A stretch of 63,414 nt of DNA, the filler included, from Cercozoa sp. M6MM (lineage: Eukaryota; Protista; Endomyxa: Ascetosporea), in the NCBI GenBank assembly GCA_040357565.1. It is 8 parts of 8 records of this genome, joined end to end, with 100 filler letters (N's around TTAATTAATTAA, not from the genome) between each part and the next. Parts side by side here need not be neighbours in the genome. Positions count along the whole stretch, not along the records: positions 10,939 to 29,036 come from JBDODJ010000240.1; positions 29,137 to 35,117 come from JBDODJ010000815.1; positions 35,218 to 54,440 come from JBDODJ010000214.1; 5 more parts are not named here. The stretch is one strand, 5' to 3'. Shown here one piece after another: positions 25,358 through 47,707 of this stretch; the first letter of the stretch is position 1, and every line of letters begins with the position of its first letter. Under the pieces are notes generated by a model. The model saw only the letters and a program-made list of their open reading frames with translations, did no database searches and was not told the origin of the DNA. The position numbers were made by a program, and so were the translations under genes.

Positions 25358-27063
25358 TCATCCAGCCACAGGGAGATGCATCGGCTCCCGTTCAGGTTGC
25401 CCGCGAGGCCCCAAGTCACGTTCAGCGATTCCAAACAACGCGTCAGCTTCGTCGACCTCGTCGGCACCGTTGTCGTTGTTGTTGTTGTCGTTGTTGTTGT
25501 TGTCGTTGTTGCCGTTGTTGTTGTTGTCGTCGTTGTTGTTGTTGTTGTTGTCAGTGTCGACTTGCTGTGGCCTGTGCTGAGGCACGACGGGCGCTTGCCA
25601 CTGTGGGAGCAGTGAGGCCACGAGACCGACAATGAAGAGTTCGACACGTCCAAAAAGAGAAGCATCGCGCTGACGTATCGTTTCGGCTCGCCGCTGGTTC
25701 GACGGCACATTCGAATTCGACTCACTGTGCGCACACTTTTCTGACCACATCCAAAATCAGGTTTTATAAGAAGCATACGCTTCAGGCGCACGGTTGTTGT
25801 TTAGAAGGCCTCGGTACTGTCGAACGAAATCGCCGAGACCTGAACAGATTGATATGAACATCAGCTTTTAAACAAAAACATGAAAGAAAAGTACCAGCTT
25901 GCCAGAGGATCCACCCAACAGTGAAAATCGTCAAAAACAGCCAGCGTGTAGTACTTCCGCCTCGTCCAAAGAGTACGAGGAAGATGATGGCACGCCAGAG
26001 TTGGTGCATCTCGAAACGCAGCACAAGTCGCATGCGACGCACGCGCTGCCTGCCATTCTCCGCGTTCTCTCGTTCCACGAGGTTCTCGAGTTGGCCGTTT
26101 TCTTCGTTGTTTTCTTCCTGTTCAACGAGTCTGCCGAATGTCTGGAACAGTTCTCTCGCCAGTGCTTCAAAACTCGCGTTGCTGGCAACGAAAGAAGCGA
26201 AGCGGCGATCAAACACGGCCATCTGCACGCAAAACACACTGTGAAACTGTTTAAACAAAACAAGCGACAAATCACTACCTCAGTTTGCAACTGCTTTCGT
26301 AACTCTGCGTCAGTTTTTGTCGGGTGTTGTCCAACCAGCTCGCGCAAACGTTCACGTGCAAACTTGTCGGCGCAATGGCGGCGAATCTGCTCGCGTTCAT
26401 TTGACTCGATCGGGTCCTGACGAGCACACAAAATGAAGCAATGACAGAACAGAGAAAGTAAGGGTGTTACAAGCACACGGCGAGAGGAAAGAGTCGCCTG
26501 AGGTTGCTCAACTGCAGGGCGAAGACCCAATGGCGGTACAGCGGCGCTGTTGTCCACTTTGGCCTCTTCGGAAAGCTTTGAGTCTTCGTCATTCGTCACA
26601 GAAACTTCTCTTTCTTCCTTGGGTGCCTCTTTCTCTTCATCGGCCTCTCTCGAATCTTCGACTGTCTCGCGAGTGTCTTTGTCAGCCTCCAAACTTTTTG
26701 AAGCCAACGCAAGGCGGGCACGTGCAGTGTGCTCACTGGCAGGTGTGACCAGCAAGTGCACACGCACCGTGTCTTCGTCGAAATCGGCGAATGAAACCGT
26801 GTCTTGAAGTATCCGTCCTCTTGCCACAATGCGCTGTGAGTGAACGAGCGGAGAACCAGGGTATTCCCCCTGGAGCCTTTTCTGAATACATTCAGCATTG
26901 CCCAAAATGAAACGAAGCCAAAGCTAGGTGCAAAAGCTACCTTGAGTTCGCCCACTGTTCCAACGAAATCAATCTCGTGAGTGTACTCGGGCAGCTGCGG
27001 CGACTGCAAAACGATTCTCCGTCGTCGCGGAGTCTCCTCTCGCGAATTTGAGAGCGACGTCAT
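25358..27063 (-). CDS. HERP/HERPUD-like ER membrane protein with N-terminal ubiquitin-like domain
   Basis: UBL segments TVGELK...YPGSPLVHSQRIVARGRILQD...VHLLV. Hydrophobic region LWRAIIFLVLFGRGGSTTRWLFLTIFTVGWILWQAG. C-terminal FIVGLVASLLP and a poly-Asn tail. Confidence 0.75.
25470..25552 (-). repeat. Coding (AAC/GAC)n trinucleotide repeat encoding poly-Asn/Asp
   Basis: GTT/GTC repeats on the plus strand within the last exon of the HERP-like gene. Confidence 0.85.
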
Positions 27064-27303
27064 TTTTTTATGACAAACACGTCTTTTTGCAGATCTGAGC
27101 ACCACCTGGCAATCTCAAAAGTACACAAACTCCAAACAATGATGCCAGACACAGCGAGAGGCTGCGGGAAAGTCAGCAAACGAATCTAAAAATCGAACGC
27201 ACATTGTAGCCACTTTATTCGAAAACGCCCCCTTAACCACAACCACTCCTTCATCCAACTTCTGTCTCTGCGTCATAACTCGGTTTGAGGAGTTAGTAGT
27301 ACA

Positions 27304-28256
27304 ATGGTGAGTCCTTTTCAAACTCATTGAGCGTCAATTTGAGGCCGCTCGGAGTTGTCTGAGCGTCGCGTTGGATCCAAACTTTTTCTGTGTGTGTCGC
27401 TTTGTCGCGCCTGTCGGTGCTTATGAGGTTTTTGACAGACCCAGATGGGTTTTGCGCTTTTTTTAGAGCTCAGAAGGGCTTAAAGGCTGCGCGAGACCAA
27501 GATTTTTTTGACGAAATTTGAGACCAGAATTTGTATTTCTTGTCGTTTTTTGATCTGGATGTTCCATGTGTGCTGTGCAGTCTGGCAAAGGTGGTAAGGC
27601 TCCGACGCCCGCCGTGTACGGTGGTGGCAAGAGCGGCAAGGCCGGTGCGCTCATGTTTAAGATTCGTGAGTTCGCCAGTTGACATATGACAATTGTGTCT
27701 GTAGGTGGCAAGGGCGGCAAGGGCGGTAAGGCCCCCGCCGGTGGTAAGGGTAAAGTCGCCGCCAAGAAGGCGCCCGTGTCGCGTTCGGTGCGCGCCGGTC
27801 TGCAGTTCCCGGTCGGTCGTATCCATCGCTTCCTGAAAACGCGTGTCATGGGTGGTGCCCGTGTTGGTGCCACGGCCGCTGTGTACTCGGTACTGATTTA
27901 CCTTCTCTGTTCGCACATGGTGTTACGGGTGATTTCCTTGCTGCACAGGCTGCCATTCTCGAGTACCTGACGGCCGAAGTGCTCGAGCTGGCTGGCAACG
28001 CCTCAAAGGATCTCAAGGTGCGTCGTATCACGCCGCGCCATCTGCACCTCGCCATTCGCGGTGACGAGGAGCTTGATGCGCTCATCAAGGCCACCATCGT
28101 CGGCGGTGGTGTCATTCCGCACATTCACCGATCGCTGCTCAACAAGCAGGCCAAGTGCGTTGTTTTTTACCTTCTTTCTGTGCCTATTCTCTGTGCAACC
28201 AGCATACCACTCTGCACGTGCACAGGAAGAAGTCAAAGTCGGCCGCTGCTGCATAA
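27304..28256 (+). CDS. H2A.Z: Histone H2A.Z (5 exons, first exon is ATG only)
   Basis: [90 protein letters not shown] are H2A.Z-diagnostic. ATG|GTGAGT at 27304-27312; TAA at 28254-28256. Confidence 0.95.
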
Positions 28257-28463
28257 GACGCTTCGCTCCGTCATTAGTTCAATCGCAACACAAGCGCCGT
28301 CTGGGTTCACCCCTTCCTCCCACAATGCATAACCCAACACAAAGGCACTTCCACGTCACAGCACCGTCCATCGTATCGTCTTTTGGTCGGTGTACATTTG
28401 TGATGCCGCGTCAATTCGGACTATCGTATACGATAAACAGGCGCTGCTTGGCGGTCACTCAAC

Positions 28464-28715
28464 GTTAGTTAGTTAGTTACAATACAGTTGTGGGGGTCAC
28501 TTTAGTTTACTTCCCGCAACTTAGCTCCAGCCGAGCCCCACGCACGTGTGCCGACGCAATCTTGAAGATGTCTTTTGGGGAACTTCACAAGGGCAGTTGG
28601 ATGGCCCACCCGAAGCGGGAGGCGGACTACAACCATGCGCTACAGCTTTGACACCCCCAGACTGTTACAGGGAAATCACGGAGTTGGGTTCTAAGTAGAC
28701 TGAATTAACCTATCC
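28464..28715. mobile_element. Short non-coding retroelement-derived element (SINE-like/fold-back) carrying the same structured module as the LINE 3' end
   Basis: (GTTA)4 at 28464-28479. The reverse complement of 28568-28715 aligns by eye to 47393-47537: 42/55 in one ungapped block and 50 matches in a ~64-column second block. Confidence 0.75.
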
Positions 28716-29136
28716 CATCTTAGCGCATGACGTCGAGTGAAGGAAAAACAAAGGATCGACCACTGTAAGTTTTATACTCCTGTGCACCTTCTTCGGGCGC
28801 CGCAACAGCGGTGACCAACTTGGTGAGCGACACGGCACAGACACGCGGTTTTCCTTCGTCTTGCGACCGCTGCAGAGTCTGCGCTGCTGACGCTGGCGGC
28901 GTCTCTACCGCCAGTCCTTGATGTATGCATCTTTGTGCAGGCTCGGCCGAATGAATGAGTGAACACAATAATAATGACCGTTTCGAGCATAACAGAACTT
29001 TGCTCTTAGTAGAGGTAGTGCGAGATTCGACAGCACNNNNNNNNNNNNNNNNNNNNNNNNNNNNNNNNNNNNNNNNNNNNTTAATTAATTAANNNNNNNN
29101 NNNNNNNNNNNNNNNNNNNNNNNNNNNNNNNNNNNN

Positions 29137-29188
<52 letters not shown>

Positions 29189-29199
29189 CACACAGACAT

Positions 29200-30740
29200 G
29201 CCGAGATTCGATACCATGTAACGAGGGCACATGCCGCGTCGTCAAAACGGCGTCAAAAACACGGGAATCACTGCGTTTCGGCTTTCGTTTCTGCAGACGC
29301 ACATTCATAGGCTGCCTCTTTCATGATGCACCTGAAGAAGGAAGCACCAAAGCAGCCGCACGTTGCTTCATACTCGTGAGTAGTTCTGGGTTCAGACAAC
29401 AGTGGACACACACACACACACACACACACTCACACACACACTCACACACATGGACTAGGCATGCCAAGTCCTTCGATACCAACGGAAGGAGGCGACAATG
29501 TCAGGTTGTCCAGGTACTCCTGGAAAGACTCCTCCGTCTCCTTGGTCTGTGCTCACGACAACGATAAGACTGCTGTCACGCGGCACAAGACAAGGCAACT
29601 TGAATGGCGACAGGAACGGTACAAAGTATTCGGCCACTGCCAGACGCTGCTGCGCGAGCATGAAACTCGCGTCGTCTGTCTTCGAAATCTCCGGGAACGT
29701 TCGCAGAAGCTTCGCCGAAGTGCCCAAAGCGTAGCCTATTCAAGGTCAGACAATCTCAGGTGCAAAACAAAAAAACAGAATGCTTCAAAGATCGATAAGT
29801 TAATATCTACCAACGAGCTGCTGTAGCCACGGAGTCGGCGACACCTCGATTTGAAGCACCTCTACCTCGACAAACCAGGCACGCATCGGGAAGAAAGTAA
29901 AGCTTAGCGATTGTACCAGTAAAGAGAGGCCACGTGCACACCAGCAAATCGGCAAACTCTGGCAGGTACGTGGCTGCGAGGCATTGTACCCGTAAAAGTC
30001 AAAGCACGCACAGACTGACACAAGCCAGTACAGCGGGCTATCCTACCTTCGTACAAACCGTACCGACCATCGATCAATGCACGTGCAAATTTCGACACTG
30101 CCCATTCAGTCATCATCACTCAGAAATGCAACTGTATGAACGAACTACACTCAAGCAGCGCGAGGTTCCACGTGACGTTGTCGTATTCGAATGCGTCCAT
30201 GACTGGCGCGTCAATGTCGTATGCCTTGTCGATTCTGCGTGAGACAGCAAAGCACTTATCAGTGACTCAAATTGCACAATCATCAGTGCCGGACACAGCC
30301 TTTCACCGCTGCGCAAAGAAGTCATCGGACGCCACAACAAGAAACGCCTTTTGTGTCCCGTCTTCTTCAGACTCTTCGCCATTCGTGTCCTGTCTTCTTC
30401 GTGCAAACTGGCGCAGCTCGCATTCGCCAACAGCGATGACAGCCACCGGACGCAGGTTTCTGGAGGCACACCATGATAACGTTAAACGCAGCGTATACGT
30501 AAGACAATGATACAGCAACCGTCAACTACCTCTCGGTGCACCAGGTTTCTACAAGAGCTCTCATAGCTTAGACAGTGCTTCAAATCCAAACGCAATGCAA
30601 TAAAGTAGACAACACCGCGCCACATTGGCAGATCTACGCAGGGAATTTCTGCATACAGTAGCCACTTGATTGATGTGATCTGCGAATGCTGCATGCGCTG
30701 CGCACTGCACTGTAAAAAAAACTAACTTTAAGATAGCCAT
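29200..30740 (-). CDS. Hypothetical multi-exon protein (3' part lost at scaffold end)
   Basis: GT/AG-bounded open segments such as RIDKAYDIDAPVMDAFEYDNVTWNLALLE, SAKLLRTFPEISKTDDASFMLAQQRLAVAEYF and STDQGDGGVFPGVPGQPDIVASFRWYRR. No family recognised. Confidence 0.4.
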
Positions 30741-30764
30741 TGAACTGTCGCTCGCCACTGGAGC

Positions 30765-33487
30765 TTAGATGTCGATGCCTGAGTCCTGGAGCTGTGCCAT
30801 CAGCCCGTCAAGGTCGATGTCTTCGTCATTTTCGTCATCTTCGTCTGGAAGCACACAGGACACTGTGCGAGCAAGCAGAGCGTTGTGGAGTGTACCAGCA
30901 GCCCCGAGTTCAGCGTCGATTTCGGCCAGAAGAGCGGCGGTGTTGTCGTCAGCATCGCCTGCATCGGTCCGGTCAGTCTCGTCGGCACGCGCGCGCTCAG
31001 ACTTCTCAGGCACCTGCTCCCAACTCACACTGCCTTGATCCTGGGTGCTCTCTTGCGTTCGGCCGGGCACTATTGCCGGCTCATCCGCCGTGTCTACAGA
31101 GGCGTCGGTCTTCTGCGTGGTCTGATCGGTTTCGTTCTCGTCAGTTTCGTTGTTGACAACAGCGGCTGCTGCACTTTCACTTTCGGTCGCATTGATCTGC
31201 TGGTTCGCTTCGGTTTCGTCTGTCTGGTCACTGTGCTGCCGGTCGTCGACCCTGTCCGGGTGCGCCAGTGACTGCCACAGCTGCGACCACTCTTGCGCTG
31301 TCTCATGAACCTGCACACAATCAGATACACTGTACAAACTAACCGCTACGACGGTGTATCTTACTCCGTATTCTCTCGTATCCTCCTCCTACAACAGCAC
31401 AGAGATGGAAGCATAAAAGATTACCTCGACCCAATGTAATAAAAACAAGGAAAACACACGCTGAGTCGGCGGGCATACACGTCGAGTGCAAAGTGCGCGT
31501 CGAAGCGACGATCGTTCCACGCGCCGTCGCACTGCGATCGCTTGAAGCGCGTGGCGCCTTCCTCACTGTCGCCTGCAACCAGGTAGCCCTGTGACACAGA
31601 CAATACAGACAGACACAGGCACACAGACACAGACACAGACACAGACACAGACACAGACACATACACAGACACACACAGACACATACACAGACACATACAC
31701 AGACACACACAGACACACACAGACACACACAAAGTGTTCTCGGGATACCGAGTGGAAGGCAATACGCAGCAAGGTGACACGCCGGTCCTGCTGCACATGT
31801 CGCACCCGCAGCAGCGCATCGCCGTGCAGCACTGCTGCCTCCTCGAACTCGATCACGAGCGGTCCTTCGCCGTCCTGCACAACCGTGTACGTGGGCGACG
31901 TCGCCAGTAGCGTCGTCTCCTTGAACAGCTGCGCGTACACGCACGCCCCAACGTCACCTGCGCGCGTTGTGTGGAACATATGACTCACGGTGTGTGACCC
32001 TAATATTCCTCCCAGCTGGACGCATGCGTACCAGAAGGCAGCTTGGTGATGCGCGGCACCGTGTGCATAACGATGCGCTTGACAGCCACGGCACCGTACG
32101 CCGGCATGCGCTGCGCGTCCGATGTCATTCGCGCCACTGCGGTGCAAGTCAAACATGCATACAATGATAACACTTCAGGTTCGTGTCGGAGGGGTGGTAC
32201 CGTAGTGCAGGTATCGAGCTTGTGACGGCAGCACCTACGAGTAAACATACACGCGTTTCATATGCATATATATATATATATGAGTATCCTAGGAGAGGCA
32301 AGTACCAACTGCGACAAGGAAAGTTGAAGCTTCGAAGCTGCTGCCACCAGAACCTGTCAGGAACACAACAATACCACGGTAGCCACGCTTAAGAGAAAGA
32401 GCATTGTCAGGTAGAGAATGCACCTGCCGAGGGGACTCAAATTTTGGCTCATCCACTGGCAAAGAATTCGACAGACTGCGCCTGCACAGCAGCAAGTGAA
32501 GTAAAACACCGACAAACCGATGCAACGTATGGTACCAAGCAAGCAAGGCGGACAGCACGGCAAAGGTTCGACCGCGACCGTTGGCGCTGCTCGAAGAGTC
32601 ACGTCAAGGAACGAAAATCCAGGTACAAATTAAACGGTGATACCAATGCACAAGTACAATGTTGCTGGGATTCGAGTTCAACCATTCATGCATCTGCACA
32701 CAGACAGCAATGAAGGTGCCCTATACAGTTCTTTTCAGATAGTCCCGTACCTGCGCGCACAAAATGAGAAGACGTTTCAAAGGCGGCACTGGCAAGCCTT
32801 TGCGCACAGTTTTGCAAATGAAGCCTACCCTCCCTTGTTTGTGACATAAGAGTACCAGAGAAGAAGTGCTCGGTGTAAACAACGTCGTTTACATCGGCGG
32901 CTTCATCAGTTGGCACATTGTTGTCGGAACCGCCGGAGCTGCTTTGCGAGAAGTTGCACGTTCTCTCGCTCAAATTGATTACGAGCAACGCTCGCTGTCC
33001 GTGCTTGCACAAGAAATCCGCTGCCTGCGCTGCCTGTACACGAAAAGACACAAGTGTACTGTATGCCGACCAGAAACGACGACTCAATGAGGTGATAATT
33101 ACAAGATAGTCCGGACGCGACAAATCGCCGGCCGCAACGACACGAGGGGTCACAAAAACCAATCCAAAGTCCTCTGCCGTGCGAGCTGCACGTTGGATCT
33201 AAGCAACACAAGTCATGCGTGATCGATGCCTTGGAAGCGATGGACACAAAAAGAAGATACCTCGTGCCATGACTCTCGAAGCTGTGTGGAAGTCTTGCTT
33301 CCAATCTCCTTTGCTTTGGTGGCTGCTGACTCGGCTGCAGAGCGCACCTGCCACGCAAACAAACAACATCGCAATGCGAAAAAAAAACTGATCAGATCAG
33401 TGAAAACACATCATCTACCGCATGCTGGAGTTCCCCAGTCTGCCAAGAACGCTGAAGAGAGGCCCAGCCCCCACGCAAGGTGTCCAT
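30765..33487 (-). CDS. PTEN/tensin-type phosphatase with C2 domain and acidic C-terminal tail
   Basis: FGLVFVTPRVVAAG, LLVINLSER, GLPVPPLKRLLILCAQMHEWLNSNPSNIVLVHC|ANGRGRTFAVLSALLAW (CX5R, Cys codon split by an intron). C2 motifs LHGDALLRVRH, LLRIAFHSGYL, DGAWNDRRFDAHF. Confidence 0.85.
31593..31731. repeat. Intronic (GACACA)n hexamer microsatellite
   Basis: Visible tandem GACACA/CATACA units. Confidence 0.85.
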
Positions 33488-33895
33488 GGGACAAAACAAA
33501 GTCACCAAAAGGCCAAAGCAACTTGGTCAGGAGAAAAAATGGCTACAAAATCGCGTCAAACTGTCATCCCACGGAGTGAGGTGAAGTCTGCCGGAGGCCC
33601 ACCAAACGGCAAAGGGGAAGTTCTTCGCGCGGAGTTTTAGTTTAGTCTAGATCTCAGGTGAACCGAAATTCAGGCCCCGCGCTGAGGCAGTTGTTTTTGT
33701 GGACGGTAATAATCGAATTCGATATTTTGAACGGGTCCGGTCCTTATTGAACATAGCGCGGGGCTTCCGCTTCGTCAAAGAAACGCACTGGAGTGTAGGC
33801 CCGGATGCTGCCTGACCAAACCAATGTTAGTACATCGGCAGCTGTTGAGGCAACCTTTCCTGCACAGCACACCAGTCACTATGCTTCTTCGCTTT

Positions 33896-34602
33896 CAGGT
33901 GTACTGTAAAGAAAGAAAAGCGCGCGTACGTAGTGATAGAACGTCCTCCTGAATCTCAGTTTCGACAGGTACCGCTTGCACGCGTTCCACTAAGCAAGAA
34001 ACGGGAATACAAGGCACACGCACAAAAGACCAAAAAGTACGTCAAAGTGCAGATCGCCACGTGCAGCCAGCGAGTAACCCAGGAAGCCTCCACAAGCGAT
34101 CACAACACCAAGCCAGTTGCGCGGTGACAGTCTGCACAAGCACACCAAGCAGAATTTGTGTGTGTGTGTATGTATGTGAGTGCGCGTGTGTGTGTGTATG
34201 TGTGTGTGTGTACGGATGGTGCAGCAGCAGTGAGGCCGTCAGGATCACGAGCAGTCGCTTGCAGCAGCGCAGCACTTCGAAGGACACCTGCGTGACACGT
34301 GCCAGCACACGCACCGACGCGTCTGTTCCAGACGCAACACCAATAAATAGAGACACATACCAACAGGAGACGGAAGGTTACCATTGCTAGCACACGAGGC
34401 CACGCCCGCCAGAAAAAGCGTGAACAAGTAGTTCGGTAGTGACGTGTCTTTCGTGTTGTCTGCATTGATACCCACGGGCACACACAGCAGTGAGTGCACC
34501 GATCACTCAGACACAATGCAGTGGAATACCGGGCAGCGAGAGGGACTCGTTGCTCACGCAGAACAGTCCGAACAGCAGCAGGGCAGCACCACTATAGCAT
34601 TT

Positions 34603-34646
<44 letters not shown>

Positions 34647-35055
34647 CGATATCGATGTATAGATATTGTGTTAAATGGCGGTGCACCAGCAGTTGTAAAG
34701 ATTAGCCTCGGTTGGTGTCAGCGAGCCGTCATCGCGACTGGCTGTTTGCACGAAGAGATAACTCGACGACGTGCTGGCCTGCACACACACACACACGCGC
34801 GCGCACACACGTACAAACAGACAGAATAAGCAACAACCAACTGGGTCAACAAGGTACCGGTGATCGCAGGAAGGGCGACTGGTCTCCTTTCACGTAGATC
34901 TAAAGCGAAAGGCACGATTGGAAAGGTGTGAGGGGAGGAGGTTAAGTTCAGGACGAGAATACGATGAAAATACCTCCTGCACAGCGCCCTTGAGCGGGGA
35001 CTGCTGCACCGGGCCCAGCAACGGGTGTGCTTGATTCCTCGTCTGTGTCCGCGTA
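33896..35055 (-). CDS. Triose-phosphate/nucleotide-sugar transporter family (TPT/SLC35E-like), 3' part only
   Basis: VLARVTQVSFEVLRCCKRLLVILTASLLLH and VTAQLACGVVIACGGFLGYS match the C-terminal TPT helices. 5' part lost at the scaffold end. Confidence 0.6.
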
Positions 35056-35077
35056 CCGCACATGTACGTGAGTGAGT

Positions 35078-35117
<40 letters not shown>

Positions 35118-35217
35118 NNNNNNNNNNNNNNNNNNNNNNNNNNNNNNNNNNNNNNNNNNNNTTAATTAATTAANNNNNNNNNNNNNNNNNNNNNNNNNNN
35201 NNNNNNNNNNNNNNNNN

Positions 35218-35274
<57 letters not shown>

Positions 35275-35376
35275 ACACACGCACACACACACATACCCAC
35301 ACACACATGCACACACACGCGCGCACACGCATGCACGCACAAGCACAAGCGCCTGAGCACGGGCACACATGTACAG

Positions 35377-47071
<11,695 letters not shown>

Positions 47072-47380
47072 TTCCTTGTACGTTAAATGTGGTCGGTCGT
47101 CGATGGACACATCAGCCTGTCGTTGGCATGGGGTGATTGACATGCTGCACGGCGTAACCTTTAGGCTTCTTCATTCGACCACGCGAGCCAGCGCAGTCAC
47201 ATCGACGTCATGATCAGTCGACATAGTCACGTTGACGTCAGGCCAGGCGAGTATCGGCGGATGGCGTATGCGTGCACCGATCACAACGAAATTTTAACGC
47301 CGGTATAACTGAATCCCCATGAGGACAGGTCGTAGACCATCCTAGAAAGTCTAGTACGCTTCGACAGTCCTATCAGGTCT

Positions 47381-47397
47381 AGAACTGGAGGAGGATA
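47381..47397 (+). repeat. Target-site duplication, left copy (AGAACTGGAGGAGGATA)
   Basis: Identical 17-mer at 50272-50288 flanking the retrotransposon. Confidence 0.92.
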
Positions 47398-47707
47398 GTT
47401 AGTTAGTTGAGTCTTCTAGGAAACCAACTATGTAGTTCCCCTGCACCAGTCTGGGGTGGGTCACAAGAGCATGGCCGTGTCTACCGTCCGCTTAGGGTAG
47501 GACCATACAACTCCCCTTTTGACGTTCCCCAGACACCGAAGTCGACTTCATGGTTGGTGCAGGTAGCGGGCTACAAGTAGAGAGGCGTCGCAGGCGGCGT
47601 CGGGTCGTCCCGCCGTCGTCCTCCCGTCTCTCCACTCGATAACTAAACAAAACAAGCAAACGGACATAGACTTAGGGCCACCACTGCTATGAGTGATGGC
47701 CTAGTCT
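47398..47707. ncRNA. Highly structured 3' UTR module of the LINE (multi-helix junction plus two hairpins); function unknown
   Basis: Helices CCTGCACCA(47440-48)/TGGTGCAGG(47555-63), GTCTGGGG(47449-56)/CCCCAGAC(47527-34), TCTACC/GGTAGG, and side hairpin ACC-GAAGTC-GACTTC-ATGGT. The core is conserved in the 28.5-kb element. Confidence 0.6.

Noticed and set aside
28480-28700. SRP RNA, RNase P/MRP or telomerase RNA gene
   Set aside because: No SRP helix-8 motif or P4 consensus was found. Homology to the LINE 3' end explains the sequence better.
47196-47240. Duplicated GTCACRTYGACGTCA (CRE-like) words
   Set aside because: Short, located downstream of a stop codon, with no supporting regulatory context.
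47440-47700. Known ribozyme (twister GGTCACAAG, pistol TTAGGGCCAC, HDV-like, hammerhead) in the LINE UTR
   Set aside because: Only short words match. The required partner strands and catalytic cores are absent, and the words are not conserved in the 28.5-kb copy.
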